Virus record (IMG/VR): IMGVR_UViG_3300029049_000007
Coordinates: 7,712-71,711 of that record
Strand: one strand, 5' to 3'
Source of the DNA: a virus
DNA: 64,000 nucleotides
Numbering within the stretch: the stretch's first letter is position 1; the number at the start of each line of letters is the position of its first letter. The translations under genes were made by a program, and so were the position numbers. Shown here piece after piece: positions 1 through 10,350 of this stretch. A model generated the notes under the pieces. That model had not been told where the DNA came from, ran no database searches, and was given only the letters and a program-made list of their open reading frames with translations.

Positions 1-231
1 GCTTTTATATAATTTTATGTATTCTTTCTCTTTTTCGTTATAATTGACTCCATAATATAAAACAGAAACTTCGAAATTCTCCCATCCATATTTCTTAATG
101 GCGTTATGAATTGGATGATTATTTCTTTCGTCGTGCTTATGCTCTTGCATTCTTCTGTCTAAATTATTTGTTTGTCCTACATAAATCTTTTTATTTATTT
201 TATTTTCAATTTTATAAACATATTTTTCCAT
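1..231 (-). CDS. GIY-YIG family endonuclease (3' end truncated by window edge)
   Basis: Not in ORF track because there is no in-window stop. Reverse-strand ATG at 231-229 translates MEKYVYKIENKINKKIYVGQTNNLDRRMQEHKH, the classic GIY...YIG...R...E motif. Frame is open to position 1. Confidence 0.55.
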   Translation of the reverse strand, partial: MEKYVYKIENKINKKIYVGQTNNLDRRMQEHKHDERNNHPIHNAIKKYGWENFEVSVLYYGVNYNEKEKEYIKLYKS

Positions 232-626
232 ACCAAAATCAATATTCATAAAATCTTATACTAAAATGACACTGCATTTTTCAATGCAGATTAGACTATA
301 TCACTACCATATATAATACGGCACTCCTCAACAGGCTTTAACGATTTTAAAAGCTCTTAGTCGTTGAACCTTCTCCTATTCGGAGCTTGGCGGCTGATTC
401 CCCATTCTCTCAACACTTAGGACATATCTGCATTTCAACAAATATGCTTTTATTTCACCATATGTCATCTGTTCGATTCTTTCTACTTTCGTCGCATTCG
501 CACTTGCCTTTATTTCATGGCTATGCTGTAGCTCGAACAGCTTTAGGGTGAGCATGGATATGCTCTTTTATTCCAGCAATTCAAAGGAGTTCAAACACAT
601 TGTTTCCAATATGTAGGGGCTAGAAT

Positions 627-860
627 CTAACCAATCCATTCGTCTAAAGAAAGATTAATTGTTCCATCATCTGATGACTTTGTTTTACTACTCTTAAATA
701 GAGTAATTTTGTTTTTGGACTTCTGATTGTCGGAGAATGATTTTGTCTTAATAAAACCACTTCTCACTCCTCCAAAAATCGCGCCTCCAATTAATGCCAT
801 AACCAGAACCACAATTAAAATCTTTGATGCCTTAGTAAGTCTAAATCTTTTTGTACTCAT
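627..860 (-). CDS. small membrane protein
   Basis: 77 aa with one hydrophobic helix (ILIVVLVMALIGGAIFGG). Tightly packed with the downstream PspA-like gene. Confidence 0.4.
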   Translation of the reverse strand: MSTKRFRLTKASKILIVVLVMALIGGAIFGGVRSGFIKTKSFSDNQKSKNKITLFKSSKTKSSDDGTINLSLDEWIG

Positions 861-872
861 ACTTTTCTCCTC

Positions 873-1610
873 TTATTTATTGTATTTTTTCTTTAAGCTC
901 TCTAAATAATCGTTACCGCTAGTCTTTCTTGCTTCCACCTCCGCTTTCGTCAATCTCGTAGACAACTTATTGTTGTGAACCACTTTAGCTCCTTCAACAA
1001 CTGCATCTAAGTCCTTATTTTTATCTCTAACAGAGTCGAGAAGTTTGTCTGTTGCCGTTACATTTTTCAGCTCATCCATATCGTCATAAACTTCTTTTAA
1101 CTGTTTCTTAACTTTCATATTCTCTACAACTTCTTTACTCTCTCTTCTCAATTTACGGAGATTTTTTTCGCACATTTCCTGCGCTTTTTTTGCCGTATTT
1201 GCTGCGTCCTCATAAGCTTTCACTAATTCAGCATGTCTTTTTATATCGGCAATAACCTCTTCTCTTTCTTCCGCCTTTAACTGAGCTAAATCAATTTTTC
1301 CAGATTTTACAAGAGATTCACATTCTGTTTCTGTTTTATGTAATTTTGCTTTAAGATTCTCAGTTTCTTTTTTCGCATTACTCAGTTTTCCTGCGGCAAT
1401 GCGATACGCATTATCTGCTTTACTGTAGGCATCCTGCGCCTGATTGATTTTTTCACCGTAAATCGCCTCTGCGCCCTCCGGTGTTGTTGCCATATCTTTA
1501 ATAAATAATCTTGTAAATCCTGAAAATAATGTCCTCGCCTCTGGGAACAGGATAAAGATTAAAACAACAATGAAAACTGCAACAATAAAAATAAGTTTAC
1601 TTAATTCCAT
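873..1610 (-). CDS. PspA/IM30-like coiled-coil protein with N-terminal membrane anchor
   Basis: 245 aa. N-terminal TM helix, then a long K/E-rich amphipathic coiled coil resembling phage-shock protein A/IM30 family. Confidence 0.4.
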   Translation of the reverse strand: MELSKLIFIVAVFIVVLIFILFPEARTLFSGFTRLFIKDMATTPEGAEAIYGEKINQAQDAYSKADNAYRIAAGKLSNAKKETENLKAKLHKTETECESLVKSGKIDLAQLKAEEREEVIADIKRHAELVKAYEDAANTAKKAQEMCEKNLRKLRRESKEVVENMKVKKQLKEVYDDMDELKNVTATDKLLDSVRDKNKDLDAVVEGAKVVHNNKLSTRLTKAEVEARKTSGNDYLESLKKKYNK

Positions 1611-2140
1611 TACTCGTTCTCTCCTTTGATAAATTTAATAAGGTCAACAATTCTTTTATTTTCTGCTTCGATAGTTTCCTGCGAAGATTTTAATTCGAGC
1701 TGCTGCGCCGAAATTTCTTTTTCTAAGCGCTCGATTTCTTTTTTATGATTCTCGATTTCCTCTTCCTTTTCTCTAATGGACTTGTCTGCTTCTTCTGAAA
1801 TTTTAATCAGAATACTATTGAGTATTTCTGTTCTCTTCACTCCGTCAAGCTCTACGTCCGACTCGTTAAGCCCAAATACTTCAAGCGTTGCAAGTACGGA
1901 ATTTCGTTTTGTTTCAGTAACCATCTCTTTAGGAAGCGAATTGATGAGCTCCTCGATTTTAAAGATAGATTTTGTTTTATCCGCCAGTTCATTTTGGGAA
2001 TAAATGTCTTCGATTAAGGTGTCTGTACGAACTGCATCAAGTTCTGCTCCTTCAACGTCCACATCTTCGATAACCTCTCCAAAATCATAATCTTCCTGCT
2101 GTGGAACCTCTTCCACGAAAAATCCTTTTAAAAATCCCAT
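1610..2140 (-). CDS. acidic coiled-coil protein, unknown function
   Basis: 176 aa with an acidic N-terminus and a C-terminal coiled coil (EKEEEIENHKKEIERLEKEISAQQLELK). Stop/start overlaps the neighbouring gene. Confidence 0.4.
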   Translation of the reverse strand: MGFLKGFFVEEVPQQEDYDFGEVIEDVDVEGAELDAVRTDTLIEDIYSQNELADKTKSIFKIEELINSLPKEMVTETKRNSVLATLEVFGLNESDVELDGVKRTEILNSILIKISEEADKSIREKEEEIENHKKEIERLEKEISAQQLELKSSQETIEAENKRIVDLIKFIKGENE

Positions 2141-2153
2141 CCGTTTTTCTCCT

Positions 2154-2789
2154 TTAAAATTCTATAATTACATCACACATTTTTTTAGCTTCTTCCTTGC
2201 TATGTGTTACCATAATTATCGTGTTGTTACTTCTCTGGTGCTGCTCTACGATTAGATTCTGCATTTTATTTCTCGTGCAAGAATCAAGCGCTGATAACGG
2301 CTCATCCATAAGTACTACATCTGGATTTGCAAACAAAGTTCTTGCTAGAGCTAATCTCTGCCTCATTCCGCCGGAAAGCTGCTTGGGATATTTCCCCATG
2401 CTTTCACTTAGCCCGACCAGAGACAAAAGCTCTTTTGCTTCCGCTACATCCTTTTCTTCTAATTTCCCCCTTATTTTTTTTGCGATTAGAACATTGTCTA
2501 AGCACTTCAGCCAGTCAAATGAGGTATAATTCTGATGCATCATGTAAATATTGTTTTTACTCGCTTTAGTTACAATATTCCCATCCACGAGAACCTGACC
2601 ATCTATCGGTTTAATTAATCCTGCGACCGTTCTTAGTAAAGTAGTTTTACCGCAACCAGATTCTCCTAATACCCCATATATTTTTGCATCAAACTTATAA
2701 TTGAAATCTTTGAGCAATGGTTTGTCTCTACTATAACCAGTAGATAACTTATTTAATTCAATCATTGACATACCTCCATTTAAAGACAT
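2154..2789 (-). CDS. ABC transporter ATP-binding protein
   Basis: Walker A GESGCGKTT, ABC signature LSGGMRQR and Walker B VVLMDEP all present. Short 211-aa importer-type ATPase. Confidence 0.9.
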   Translation of the reverse strand: MSLNGGMSMIELNKLSTGYSRDKPLLKDFNYKFDAKIYGVLGESGCGKTTLLRTVAGLIKPIDGQVLVDGNIVTKASKNNIYMMHQNYTSFDWLKCLDNVLIAKKIRGKLEEKDVAEAKELLSLVGLSESMGKYPKQLSGGMRQRLALARTLFANPDVVLMDEPLSALDSCTRNKMQNLIVEQHQRSNNTIIMVTHSKEEAKKMCDVIIEF

Positions 2790-3480
2790 GCTTCACCAGC
2801 TTTTTAGCCGAAAAATCGAATAAGACACTAATTACCATAATTACTATAATCGCCATAAAAACTAAGTCTGTTCTTCCTCTTGAAGACGACTGTTGAATGA
2901 TGTATCCCAGTCCATATTTAGCGTTGATGGTTTCTGTCACTGCAATATAAGTAAATCCTATGCCGTACATCATTATGAAGCTATTTAAAACACTTGGAAG
3001 AGATGCTGGAATCTGTATTCTGAATATAGTTTGCAATTTATTCATTCCCATCGTTAATCCTGTTTCAATTAAGTCCTGACTTACTTCTTCCAAACATAGG
3101 ACAACTGATGGCATCATATATACGAATGTGGCAATAAACAAAAATACAATTTTCATTAATTCATCTATTCCGAACCACATGATTAATAAAGGATAAAATG
3201 CTGTAACTGGGATATACCTCATAACACTGATGACCGGATTTAAAATGTCTTTTGCGAGATTTGAGTTATATATAAGAAGTGCTATCGGAAATGAAATAGC
3301 ACCAGAAAGAATTGTTGCAACGGTAATTCTTAGAAAAGAATATTCTATTGCCTTAAATAATTGTCCGTTTTGAAGCATCAAAATTAAATTTCTCAAAACG
3401 CTTCTTGGAGATGGCACAAACAGCGGATTGGTATGTTGTGCCGCAATACCCCAAACTATAAGTATTGAAATGAATAGCAA
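2758..3480 (-). CDS. ABC importer permease (NitT/TauT-like, EAA-loop type)
   Basis: 240 aa, multi-TM. EAA-like loop ETGLTMGMNKLQTIFRIQIPASLP is typical of binding-protein-dependent permeases. Overlaps the ATPase gene. Confidence 0.75.
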   Translation of the reverse strand: MLFISILIVWGIAAQHTNPLFVPSPRSVLRNLILMLQNGQLFKAIEYSFLRITVATILSGAISFPIALLIYNSNLAKDILNPVISVMRYIPVTAFYPLLIMWFGIDELMKIVFLFIATFVYMMPSVVLCLEEVSQDLIETGLTMGMNKLQTIFRIQIPASLPSVLNSFIMMYGIGFTYIAVTETINAKYGLGYIIQQSSSRGRTDLVFMAIIVIMVISVLFDFSAKKLVKHVFKWRYVND

Positions 3481-3536
3481 TAACCTTTTAAGTACTACTT
3501 TTATTCCGCATCACTCCTTTCTCTTTTTAACTGTTT

Positions 3537-3905
3537 TTACAATATGAGTATGCCCCAAGTTAAAAATATTTGAATTAAATGAATAATTTGGTCTTCAACT
3601 AAATTTATCGTTTCTTTATTTGCCTTCTCATTATCCACGTACATATGTATTACAGTATTAAGAAAAGCTAATATCCAGAAATAAATATGTCGCTCGCTAA
3701 TCAGTACTGGAATCATTATTAAACATGTCCAGCAAAAGCTATGCATAAATAACGCCATAATATAATCGTATTGATACATTTTCTTAGGAGCGTTTTCTTT
3801 CCAGTATTTTCTCTGTTTAGCAGAAGCAAGCCAACCCTGTAGGTTATAATCAGCTAAAATATGTCCCAGAATCATAGCTGCTAATATCAATATCTTATTG
3901 TTCAT
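3537..3905 (-). CDS. integral membrane protein (DUF3307-like His-rich)
   Basis: 122 aa, about 3 TM helices, conserved His residues. Confidence 0.35.
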   Translation of the reverse strand: MNNKILILAAMILGHILADYNLQGWLASAKQRKYWKENAPKKMYQYDYIMALFMHSFCWTCLIMIPVLISERHIYFWILAFLNTVIHMYVDNEKANKETINLVEDQIIHLIQIFLTWGILIL

Positions 3906-3948
3906 TTTCTATAATCTCCTTTATTTTTCATTTTATCTCTATCTCGCA

Positions 3949-4350
3949 TTATTCTTGATTCGTGAAAATAAATAAATTCATTTGATAATCCTCGATATCA
4001 ATTACTTGGATTTCCATATCAGAAAACTTAGAATCTTGAGCATGAGAGTCCGGATTATAAGGATAATCATATCCTGACCTTGTTAAATGCCTTAAAACCC
4101 TTCTTTCTGTTGTATTTCTACTGCATCTCTCTTCAAATGCAAATTGTCCGGTATCTAGGTTTATCAAAGTACAATACTCTGAAGTTCTATCTCCTTTGTA
4201 TTTATTTTTCCCATCTCGAAATGAAACAACCAAATAAGCGCCCACTTCTTCTCCGTTCTCTTTTTGAATTACAATCGCGCCATTATTAAGTTTGATTTTT
4301 CTATCTAAATTCAAATTATCTTTTTGTCTATAAATCATAATGTTTTTCAC
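3949..4350 (-). CDS. hypothetical protein
   Basis: 133-aa ORF in the co-directional array. No recognisable motif. Confidence 0.4.
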   Translation of the reverse strand: MKNIMIYRQKDNLNLDRKIKLNNGAIVIQKENGEEVGAYLVVSFRDGKNKYKGDRTSEYCTLINLDTGQFAFEERCSRNTTERRVLRHLTRSGYDYPYNPDSHAQDSKFSDMEIQVIDIEDYQMNLFIFTNQE

Positions 4351-4361
4351 AGATTTTCTCC

Positions 4362-4757
4362 TTATTCGTCGTTATTTTCGCGTTTTTCTAAGCATACGAC
4401 ATAATCAGCACGAAAACGATTGCCTATTGGAGGTTTTCTCACTTTCCATTCGTATGGGCTAATTCCTTTATCCATTATTGTTTTAAGTTTATACATTTTA
4501 TCGTAGTATTTTTCAAGTTCACTCTTCTTTTTATCTTTTTGCGAATCAAAAAATAGTTTTGAATATTCATCCTTGCATCTGTGACTTAATTCTAAGTTTG
4601 TAATGTATTCTCCAATTGCCGCATTGACATTATCAATACTTTTTCTTAGAATTTCTTCTCTTGCAAGTTCTACTGGATACAGTATTTTTATACGCAAATA
4701 TTGGGGGCATGGGCCGTTTACATCTTCTACATAGAAACTTTCATCTGTTCTAATCAT
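4362..4757 (-). CDS. hypothetical protein
   Basis: 131-aa ORF in the co-directional array. Confidence 0.4.
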   Translation of the reverse strand: MIRTDESFYVEDVNGPCPQYLRIKILYPVELAREEILRKSIDNVNAAIGEYITNLELSHRCKDEYSKLFFDSQKDKKKSELEKYYDKMYKLKTIMDKGISPYEWKVRKPPIGNRFRADYVVCLEKRENNDE

Positions 4758-4758
4758 A

Positions 4759-5325
4759 TTACTTTGCCTCTCCTGTCATAATCTGATCTAAAGTTCTCGG
4801 AGTATAATCCATATATTTAATCATACATCCAACATTATAAGAATTCATTGGGATATTTATGTCTGAAGAGACATTTGTTATTGCCGTTTGGAATAATTCC
4901 TCTTCTTTTGTGTTATGAACATGCCCATACAAATGAATCGCTCCTTTATGCTGATTCTGATAGAAAAGAATCGGATAATGGCTTAACACAACTTCCCTGC
5001 CATTATCACTAATCATTTTATAGTCATAAATCCCCTGAAAATATCCTTTGCAAACACTGTCTTTACTCCATCTGTCATGATTTCCTTTTATCAAAAATTT
5101 CACTCCATTAAGCTTTCGAAGAATCTCTTCCGTATCATGACCATTCATCCAGCTAAAATCTCCTAGAATGTATACTTTATCGCTTGATTTTACCGTTTTG
5201 TTCCAGTTTTCAATAATTAAATTATCATGCTCTTCAATACTGTCAAAGTGTCTGCCGCCGCTCTGTTCATCGAGCTTTATAATGTTTTTGTGGCCCAAAT
5301 GGGTATCGCTTATATAATAATTCAT
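4759..5325 (-). CDS. calcineurin-like metallophosphoesterase
   Basis: Motifs DTHLGH, GDFSW, GNHD and GHVH present. Confidence 0.75.
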   Translation of the reverse strand: MNYYISDTHLGHKNIIKLDEQSGGRHFDSIEEHDNLIIENWNKTVKSSDKVYILGDFSWMNGHDTEEILRKLNGVKFLIKGNHDRWSKDSVCKGYFQGIYDYKMISDNGREVVLSHYPILFYQNQHKGAIHLYGHVHNTKEEELFQTAITNVSSDINIPMNSYNVGCMIKYMDYTPRTLDQIMTGEAK

Positions 5326-5349
5326 GCCTTTCCCCTTTTTCTGTTCTCA

Positions 5350-6153
5350 CTAAAATAGTTTGACTATCTGTTCAAATAAACAAATATCTCTTTCTGTCAC
5401 CTTTAAGTTGTCATGATAATGGCCGAAAATCCAGCAGCTAAATGATGTCTTTTTTCTTATATCATCGAAATAATCTGTCAGTTTGTCTGCTTCAAAGAAT
5501 CCGTCCGAAATTTTATCCTGCATAGAAGTCGATGTACAATGAGTAATAATAAAGTCTACGATATTATCATTTTCTTCCAGATTATGAATCCCCTCTTCCA
5601 TTTCTCCATCGTTTGGCAATTCACGACTCCACCAGCTTAAATGATTAACTCGAAACATTTTATACGGGTCGGCTATCCACTTTTTAATCCTCGAATCTCC
5701 TATCTCCAGAATCCCATCCTGAATGTCGTGACTTCTTGCACCTCCAAAAGTAAATATCTTTTTACCATTAATATTATAAATCTGACCTCTCATAAGATGA
5801 ATCACATGTGGACGGATAAACTGCACCTTGCCGCCATTCCACATTTTCACTGGAACATTATCTAAAATGTCGTAATTACTATGATTGCCTTCGACGAATA
5901 AAGTCGTAAAATTACGCTCTTCCAGCCAATCTAATTTATAATTCTCTTCTCTCGAATTATCCCAAATGCCGAAATCTCCAGCAATGCAAACATAATCATC
6001 TCTGGTCAAGACTTTCTGTTCGGGGAAAGATTCCTTTCTCAATCTACTAATCCAATCTCCGTGAGTGTCTCCTGTTATCCAAAACATATAATTCATCTCC
6101 TCTCCATATTTATATCTTCTGAATTCTTGTAATACTTTTTGCCGATTCTGCAT
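5350..6153 (-). CDS. metallophosphoesterase (Ser/Thr phosphatase-like)
   Basis: Motifs GDTHGD, GDFGIWD and EGNHSNYD present. Confidence 0.7.
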   Translation of the reverse strand: MQNRQKVLQEFRRYKYGEEMNYMFWITGDTHGDWISRLRKESFPEQKVLTRDDYVCIAGDFGIWDNSREENYKLDWLEERNFTTLFVEGNHSNYDILDNVPVKMWNGGKVQFIRPHVIHLMRGQIYNINGKKIFTFGGARSHDIQDGILEIGDSRIKKWIADPYKMFRVNHLSWWSRELPNDGEMEEGIHNLEENDNIVDFIITHCTSTSMQDKISDGFFEADKLTDYFDDIRKKTSFSCWIFGHYHDNLKVTERDICLFEQIVKLF

Positions 6154-6313
6154 CTACTGTAATATCCACAAAATCATCTACTCTATAAATGTCTAGGTTT
6201 AGCCTATGAACATGCTTATCAAAATATTTCCTAACAATGTTTTCTGCTTCTTCCTTGTTTGACACGTTTACTACTGGGATAGCAATTTTTTCCGATACTA
6301 AATAACTTTTCAT
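6110..6313 (-). CDS. hypothetical small protein
   Basis: 67 aa. Overlaps the upstream phosphoesterase end. Confidence 0.3.
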   Translation of the reverse strand: MKSYLVSEKIAIPVVNVSNKEEAENIVRKYFDKHVHRLNLDIYRVDDFVDITVDAESAKSITRIQKI

Positions 6314-6316
6314 AAT

Positions 6317-6793
6317 CTACCTCATATAATTTTTCAGATAATATTCAAAATATTTCTTTATAAAAAGTGGAGAATATTTATTGTCTGGCATAAAAAATAT
6401 TGGAATATGATATTTGAACCAAAATGTATGAATTGATGCAAGGAATGATTTTTTATTATAATCTCCTCTATAGTTCCCATCGACAATATCGGAATAATTT
6501 GCATTTTCTACAAGTAAAACCTTTTCATATGGGGAAAGAGCAAATTCTTTTTCAATCCGATCTCTTCCTTTTGTTAAATTTGTAGAAAGCTCTTCTAAGC
6601 TGGCCTTTCTTTCAATGACTACTTTTCCCTCGAAAGATACGTCTCGAGGAATCCCTAAATCTAAATTTTTTGTCAATATAAAACTATAATCCCCATATTT
6701 TAACGCTTTTACTTTATACTTGATTCCAGCTTTATCGAAGCTGTTGGTTATATGGTCGATTTTCTTTTCCCGTGTATCTATCAAAATAACCAT
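6317..6793 (-). CDS. ERCC4/XPF-Mus81-like nuclease (start adjusted to internal Met)
   Basis: ILIDTREKK, then GDYSF...VIERKASLEEL...GRDRIEKE matches the ERCC4 GDxn-ERKx3D pattern. The track start at 6991 would overlap the DnaE gene by 143 nt, so the internal Met (MVILIDTRE) is preferred. Confidence 0.45.
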   Translation of the reverse strand: MVILIDTREKKIDHITNSFDKAGIKYKVKALKYGDYSFILTKNLDLGIPRDVSFEGKVVIERKASLEELSTNLTKGRDRIEKEFALSPYEKVLLVENANYSDIVDGNYRGDYNKKSFLASIHTFWFKYHIPIFFMPDNKYSPLFIKKYFEYYLKNYMR

Positions 6794-6848
6794 AGATTCA
6801 AGCAATAATTCTTTTTCTTTGTCTGTGTATTTATACAGGTCTAAAATA

Positions 6849-9800
6849 TTAAGCTGCCTCCTTTGCTGCTCTGCGTATAATACTATAATCTTTAATCCAC
6901 CAGTCGTAAGTATCTGGAATATCTTCCCATCCACTATCTGTTTTGCGCCGTCTTGGTTCTTTTTTACAATCTTTAATGTAGAGGATATCACCGTCTTTAA
7001 CTTCTAAATCTTGAAAACTGGTCTTACATCTCTTGTCTCTGAAATTCTTTTTCTTATGAATCTTCATTTCTGAAACTTTTCCATTCTTGATGCAATAAGC
7101 TTCAAATTTGGGCGAATATTTCATATCTAAATTCATAACACAAACCGTTCTATATCCATCGTTTAACGATTCATCGGTATAATCTATGTATCCAAGAACT
7201 TCATATTGGAACTGAGCAATAAATTCAGAAGGAAATTCTTCTTTCGAAACATTAGAACATAGCGCCTTTATTAACCCAAGAACATTAAAAACCATCCATC
7301 TTTTTGCGCTTTTATTTCCTTTTGGCGTTACGTCAGTCGCATACCTTCTAAGATTTATTTTGTCTAAACCTAACTGTGGAACATCTGCTTTCGAAATTGT
7401 CTTTCTGTCTATCCACTTATCATAGATGTCTAAACATTGAAGAATATATTTGATGGAACCATACTGCTTAAAGTAATTGATTTTTACTAATTTTCTAAAT
7501 ACTGATGAATTTATCTTTGTTCCTTTTATTGCTGCATAAATATCAATGATATCTTTTCTCGAAGATTGAGAAATTTCCATCATAGATTCTACGGCTTTAT
7601 CTCCGATACTTTTAACGCTGGATAAATTAGGATATATAATTTTTTCTTTATCATCCACCGTAAACTTTGTGTTATCTTTGCCGTATTCGTAGGTTCCCAT
7701 TTTATAACCAAAAACTGTCATAGCTTCACGGGTTAACTCGGCAACTTTATTTTTGTCTCCTTTTCCCTGATAGTGATTAAGCGTTACCTCATAAAATACC
7801 GAAGTATGATTTGCTTTCATCCATGCTTCATAAAGACTATCATTCGCCATTGCTAAAGCATGAGGGGCATTAAAACTATATCTCGCCGAATCCTTAATTA
7901 CCTTATATACGGGCTCAAAGTTATCAAGATTACCAATATTTTTAAGCCAATGCTCTCGAAGAGTATCCTCTACATGTTGTAAAGCTTCTCCTTTCAGTTT
8001 CTTTTTGCTGATTTTCTTTATCGTGTCATAACTGTCTTTCATTTCGATTCCAAGCCACGAAAAAATCTTCATTACCGCTTCCTGATAAAGCATATAATGG
8101 AAACAATCTTCCAGTAATTCGTCGATCGCCGGTTCTCCATTTGTGTATTCCACCCTATCAAGAAAACCATTAATTAAGGACTTAAATCCCGGCCTGATTC
8201 CTGCAATAAATGCCGCCAATTCCTTTATATTTTTCGGCTTAAACTTCATGACTTTTTTAGTTGTAGACGCTTTCTCGCACTGATTTAAGCAACAGGTTGC
8301 TCCAATCTCGTACATCCTCCAGGTCTTTTCGTCCTCAGTTACCATTTTTCTTAATTCTGTAACCGAAGGAACTTCGCGCCCAATCGCCGCATAAAGTTTA
8401 TGTATAATACCTACGACATCTACGATTAAGAAATCGTCTTTTACATAGCCGTATTTATCAAGTAAATTCCCTTCAATATTTGCAACAATGGTTGTCTTCC
8501 CAGTGCTTTCAGAATGACATCGAATGAGTCCTATTTCATATCGAATATCCCCATAGCCCGGAACATCTTCTTCACCCTCAACACCATTGAACAGAGCAAA
8601 ACCGCAAGCATGAACCTTCGCCTGTTCGATGATCTCCTGATATGATTTACTCTCATTAAACAGTTTCAAATGGTGCTTGTCTGTAATGTAGTCTTCGATT
8701 TCTATGAGATCTCTATCTTCTTCCTCTGCGTTTTTGAGAGCTTCATTGTACCTGTCAATACTTTTTGTGATTTCATTTGCAACTGAAGGCTCAATTCCGT
8801 TTACTCCGGCATAGAGTTTGAACCCGTTTTTCTCCTTCAATCTACCGACGGCAAGCAACGGATAACAACCATGTTCTCCGCATAATTCTTTTCCCGCCAA
8901 AACAAATGGTTCTTGTGATTGGCAATTAATATCAATATCTGGCATTTGATGGGAATTTAGGATTCTATCCTTTGTTACAAACCTCTCTGGATAAATAGGA
9001 ACTTCTGATTCAAATCTATCCATAGTCGTAAACCCAAGTAACTTACTCGAATAATAAGAACTTGCACTTCCTCTTGAGGTTGTAGTTATGTGTCCTCCGT
9101 ACTTATTAACCGCCAAATCAATAAGTTCGTAGTTGTCTAAGAAATAATCAGCCGTTCCGCTTCCGTCTATCTCAGAATACTCATAAAGCATTCCTTCTTT
9201 TCTGTCTTCCGTTCTGTGTTCGAAGTCTTCTTCATTATATTTCTTGTTCAGCAAATCAAACAGAATTTTTGACCTTTCTTCATATGACTTCCCTTTATAT
9301 TTTTCAAGAATTGGTATCTTAAATTTGGTATTGTATTCTAATTCCTCACAGCCTTCATTGAATACATGCGTATTCATCATTGCATATATAATTTCTTCTG
9401 GAGGAATAACCCCCTGTTCTGTCATTCTTTCAAAAATTTCTGTTCCAGTCGGGAAATCCATATACCAGCCGTCTTCCTCGGGATATCGAATTCCTTTTCT
9501 CTTTAAAAGGTTATCTCTTTTAATCCTATCTTCTTCACTGATATAGTGAGTATCCAAACCAATAATTGTTTTAATTCCGGCTGACTGAGAAAGCTCGTAG
9601 ATAATACTGTTGATTTTCTTCTGTTCGTCTGTATTGTTTGCCTGATACTCGAGAAAAAAGCTGCTTCCAAAATGTTTCGCAACTCTATACCAAATTTCGG
9701 TTGCATCCTCATATTTCCACCCAGCAATGCAGGCAGATGTAATATAAACGTCATCTTCGTCTAGCTCAAAAAGCATATTTAAGTCGATTCGCGGCTTATA

Positions 9801-10307
9801 ATAAAATCCTTCCTGATGCGCCACCGAAATCATGTAGTTTAGCTTTCTCATTGCTTTGTAATTCCTTGCAACAATCACCATATGGCAATTCATATTGTCT
9901 TTTTTTTCTCTTGTTTTTTTGTTTCCTTTTTTATCTATGTACTCTTCTGTGGTAACACTATTTATATCTTTTACCCAATATGCTTCAACTGAGTATCTAA
10001 ATTTGATACCCATTTGAATACATAAATCATACGCCGCAAGCCATTCTCCCTGATATCCATGTTCTCCCGAAAAATAGTTCCTGCAACCTATTTTTTTTGA
10101 GTATTCTATAAATTCTTCCATACTTGTTGCAGAATCAATCTGCACTAAATCAGACCATGTAGTATGCTTATGATAGTTTTCCATTAGCATATTCATGTTT
10201 TCAGTCCATTCTTTTAAATCATACGGAAATTCAAAATCAAGCCGTTCTTTTGCTTTAACTGCATAATCTAAAACTGTCATTTCTCTCCTTAGATGTTTTT
10301 GGTGCAA
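6849..10307 (-). CDS. dnaE: DNA polymerase III alpha subunit (DnaE-type) with N-terminal PHP domain
   Basis: 1152 aa. PHP-like YHKHTTWSD, PDIDINC, and TTSRGSASSYYSSKLLGFTTMD resembling the DnaE palm signature. Confidence 0.75.
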   Translation of the reverse strand: MHQKHLRREMTVLDYAVKAKERLDFEFPYDLKEWTENMNMLMENYHKHTTWSDLVQIDSATSMEEFIEYSKKIGCRNYFSGEHGYQGEWLAAYDLCIQMGIKFRYSVEAYWVKDINSVTTEEYIDKKGNKKTREKKDNMNCHMVIVARNYKAMRKLNYMISVAHQEGFYYKPRIDLNMLFELDEDDVYITSACIAGWKYEDATEIWYRVAKHFGSSFFLEYQANNTDEQKKINSIIYELSQSAGIKTIIGLDTHYISEEDRIKRDNLLKRKGIRYPEEDGWYMDFPTGTEIFERMTEQGVIPPEEIIYAMMNTHVFNEGCEELEYNTKFKIPILEKYKGKSYEERSKILFDLLNKKYNEEDFEHRTEDRKEGMLYEYSEIDGSGTADYFLDNYELIDLAVNKYGGHITTTSRGSASSYYSSKLLGFTTMDRFESEVPIYPERFVTKDRILNSHQMPDIDINCQSQEPFVLAGKELCGEHGCYPLLAVGRLKEKNGFKLYAGVNGIEPSVANEITKSIDRYNEALKNAEEEDRDLIEIEDYITDKHHLKLFNESKSYQEIIEQAKVHACGFALFNGVEGEEDVPGYGDIRYEIGLIRCHSESTGKTTIVANIEGNLLDKYGYVKDDFLIVDVVGIIHKLYAAIGREVPSVTELRKMVTEDEKTWRMYEIGATCCLNQCEKASTTKKVMKFKPKNIKELAAFIAGIRPGFKSLINGFLDRVEYTNGEPAIDELLEDCFHYMLYQEAVMKIFSWLGIEMKDSYDTIKKISKKKLKGEALQHVEDTLREHWLKNIGNLDNFEPVYKVIKDSARYSFNAPHALAMANDSLYEAWMKANHTSVFYEVTLNHYQGKGDKNKVAELTREAMTVFGYKMGTYEYGKDNTKFTVDDKEKIIYPNLSSVKSIGDKAVESMMEISQSSRKDIIDIYAAIKGTKINSSVFRKLVKINYFKQYGSIKYILQCLDIYDKWIDRKTISKADVPQLGLDKINLRRYATDVTPKGNKSAKRWMVFNVLGLIKALCSNVSKEEFPSEFIAQFQYEVLGYIDYTDESLNDGYRTVCVMNLDMKYSPKFEAYCIKNGKVSEMKIHKKKNFRDKRCKTSFQDLEVKDGDILYIKDCKKEPRRRKTDSGWEDIPDTYDWWIKDYSIIRRAAKEAA

Positions 10308-10350
10308 AAAATGAGCTTATTATCGTTACTTTTCGACTAAGCTCTCCTTT

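Noticed and set aside
290-620. Group I intron hosting the GIY-YIG gene
   Set aside because: Could not recognise P4/P7 conserved cores by eye and there is no obvious split host gene. Kept only as a low-interest note.
6794-6991. Upstream extension of the ERCC4-like ORF to the ATG at 6991
   Set aside because: It would overlap the DnaE gene by 143 nt. The conserved ERCC4 segment begins after an internal Met, so the shorter gene is preferred.
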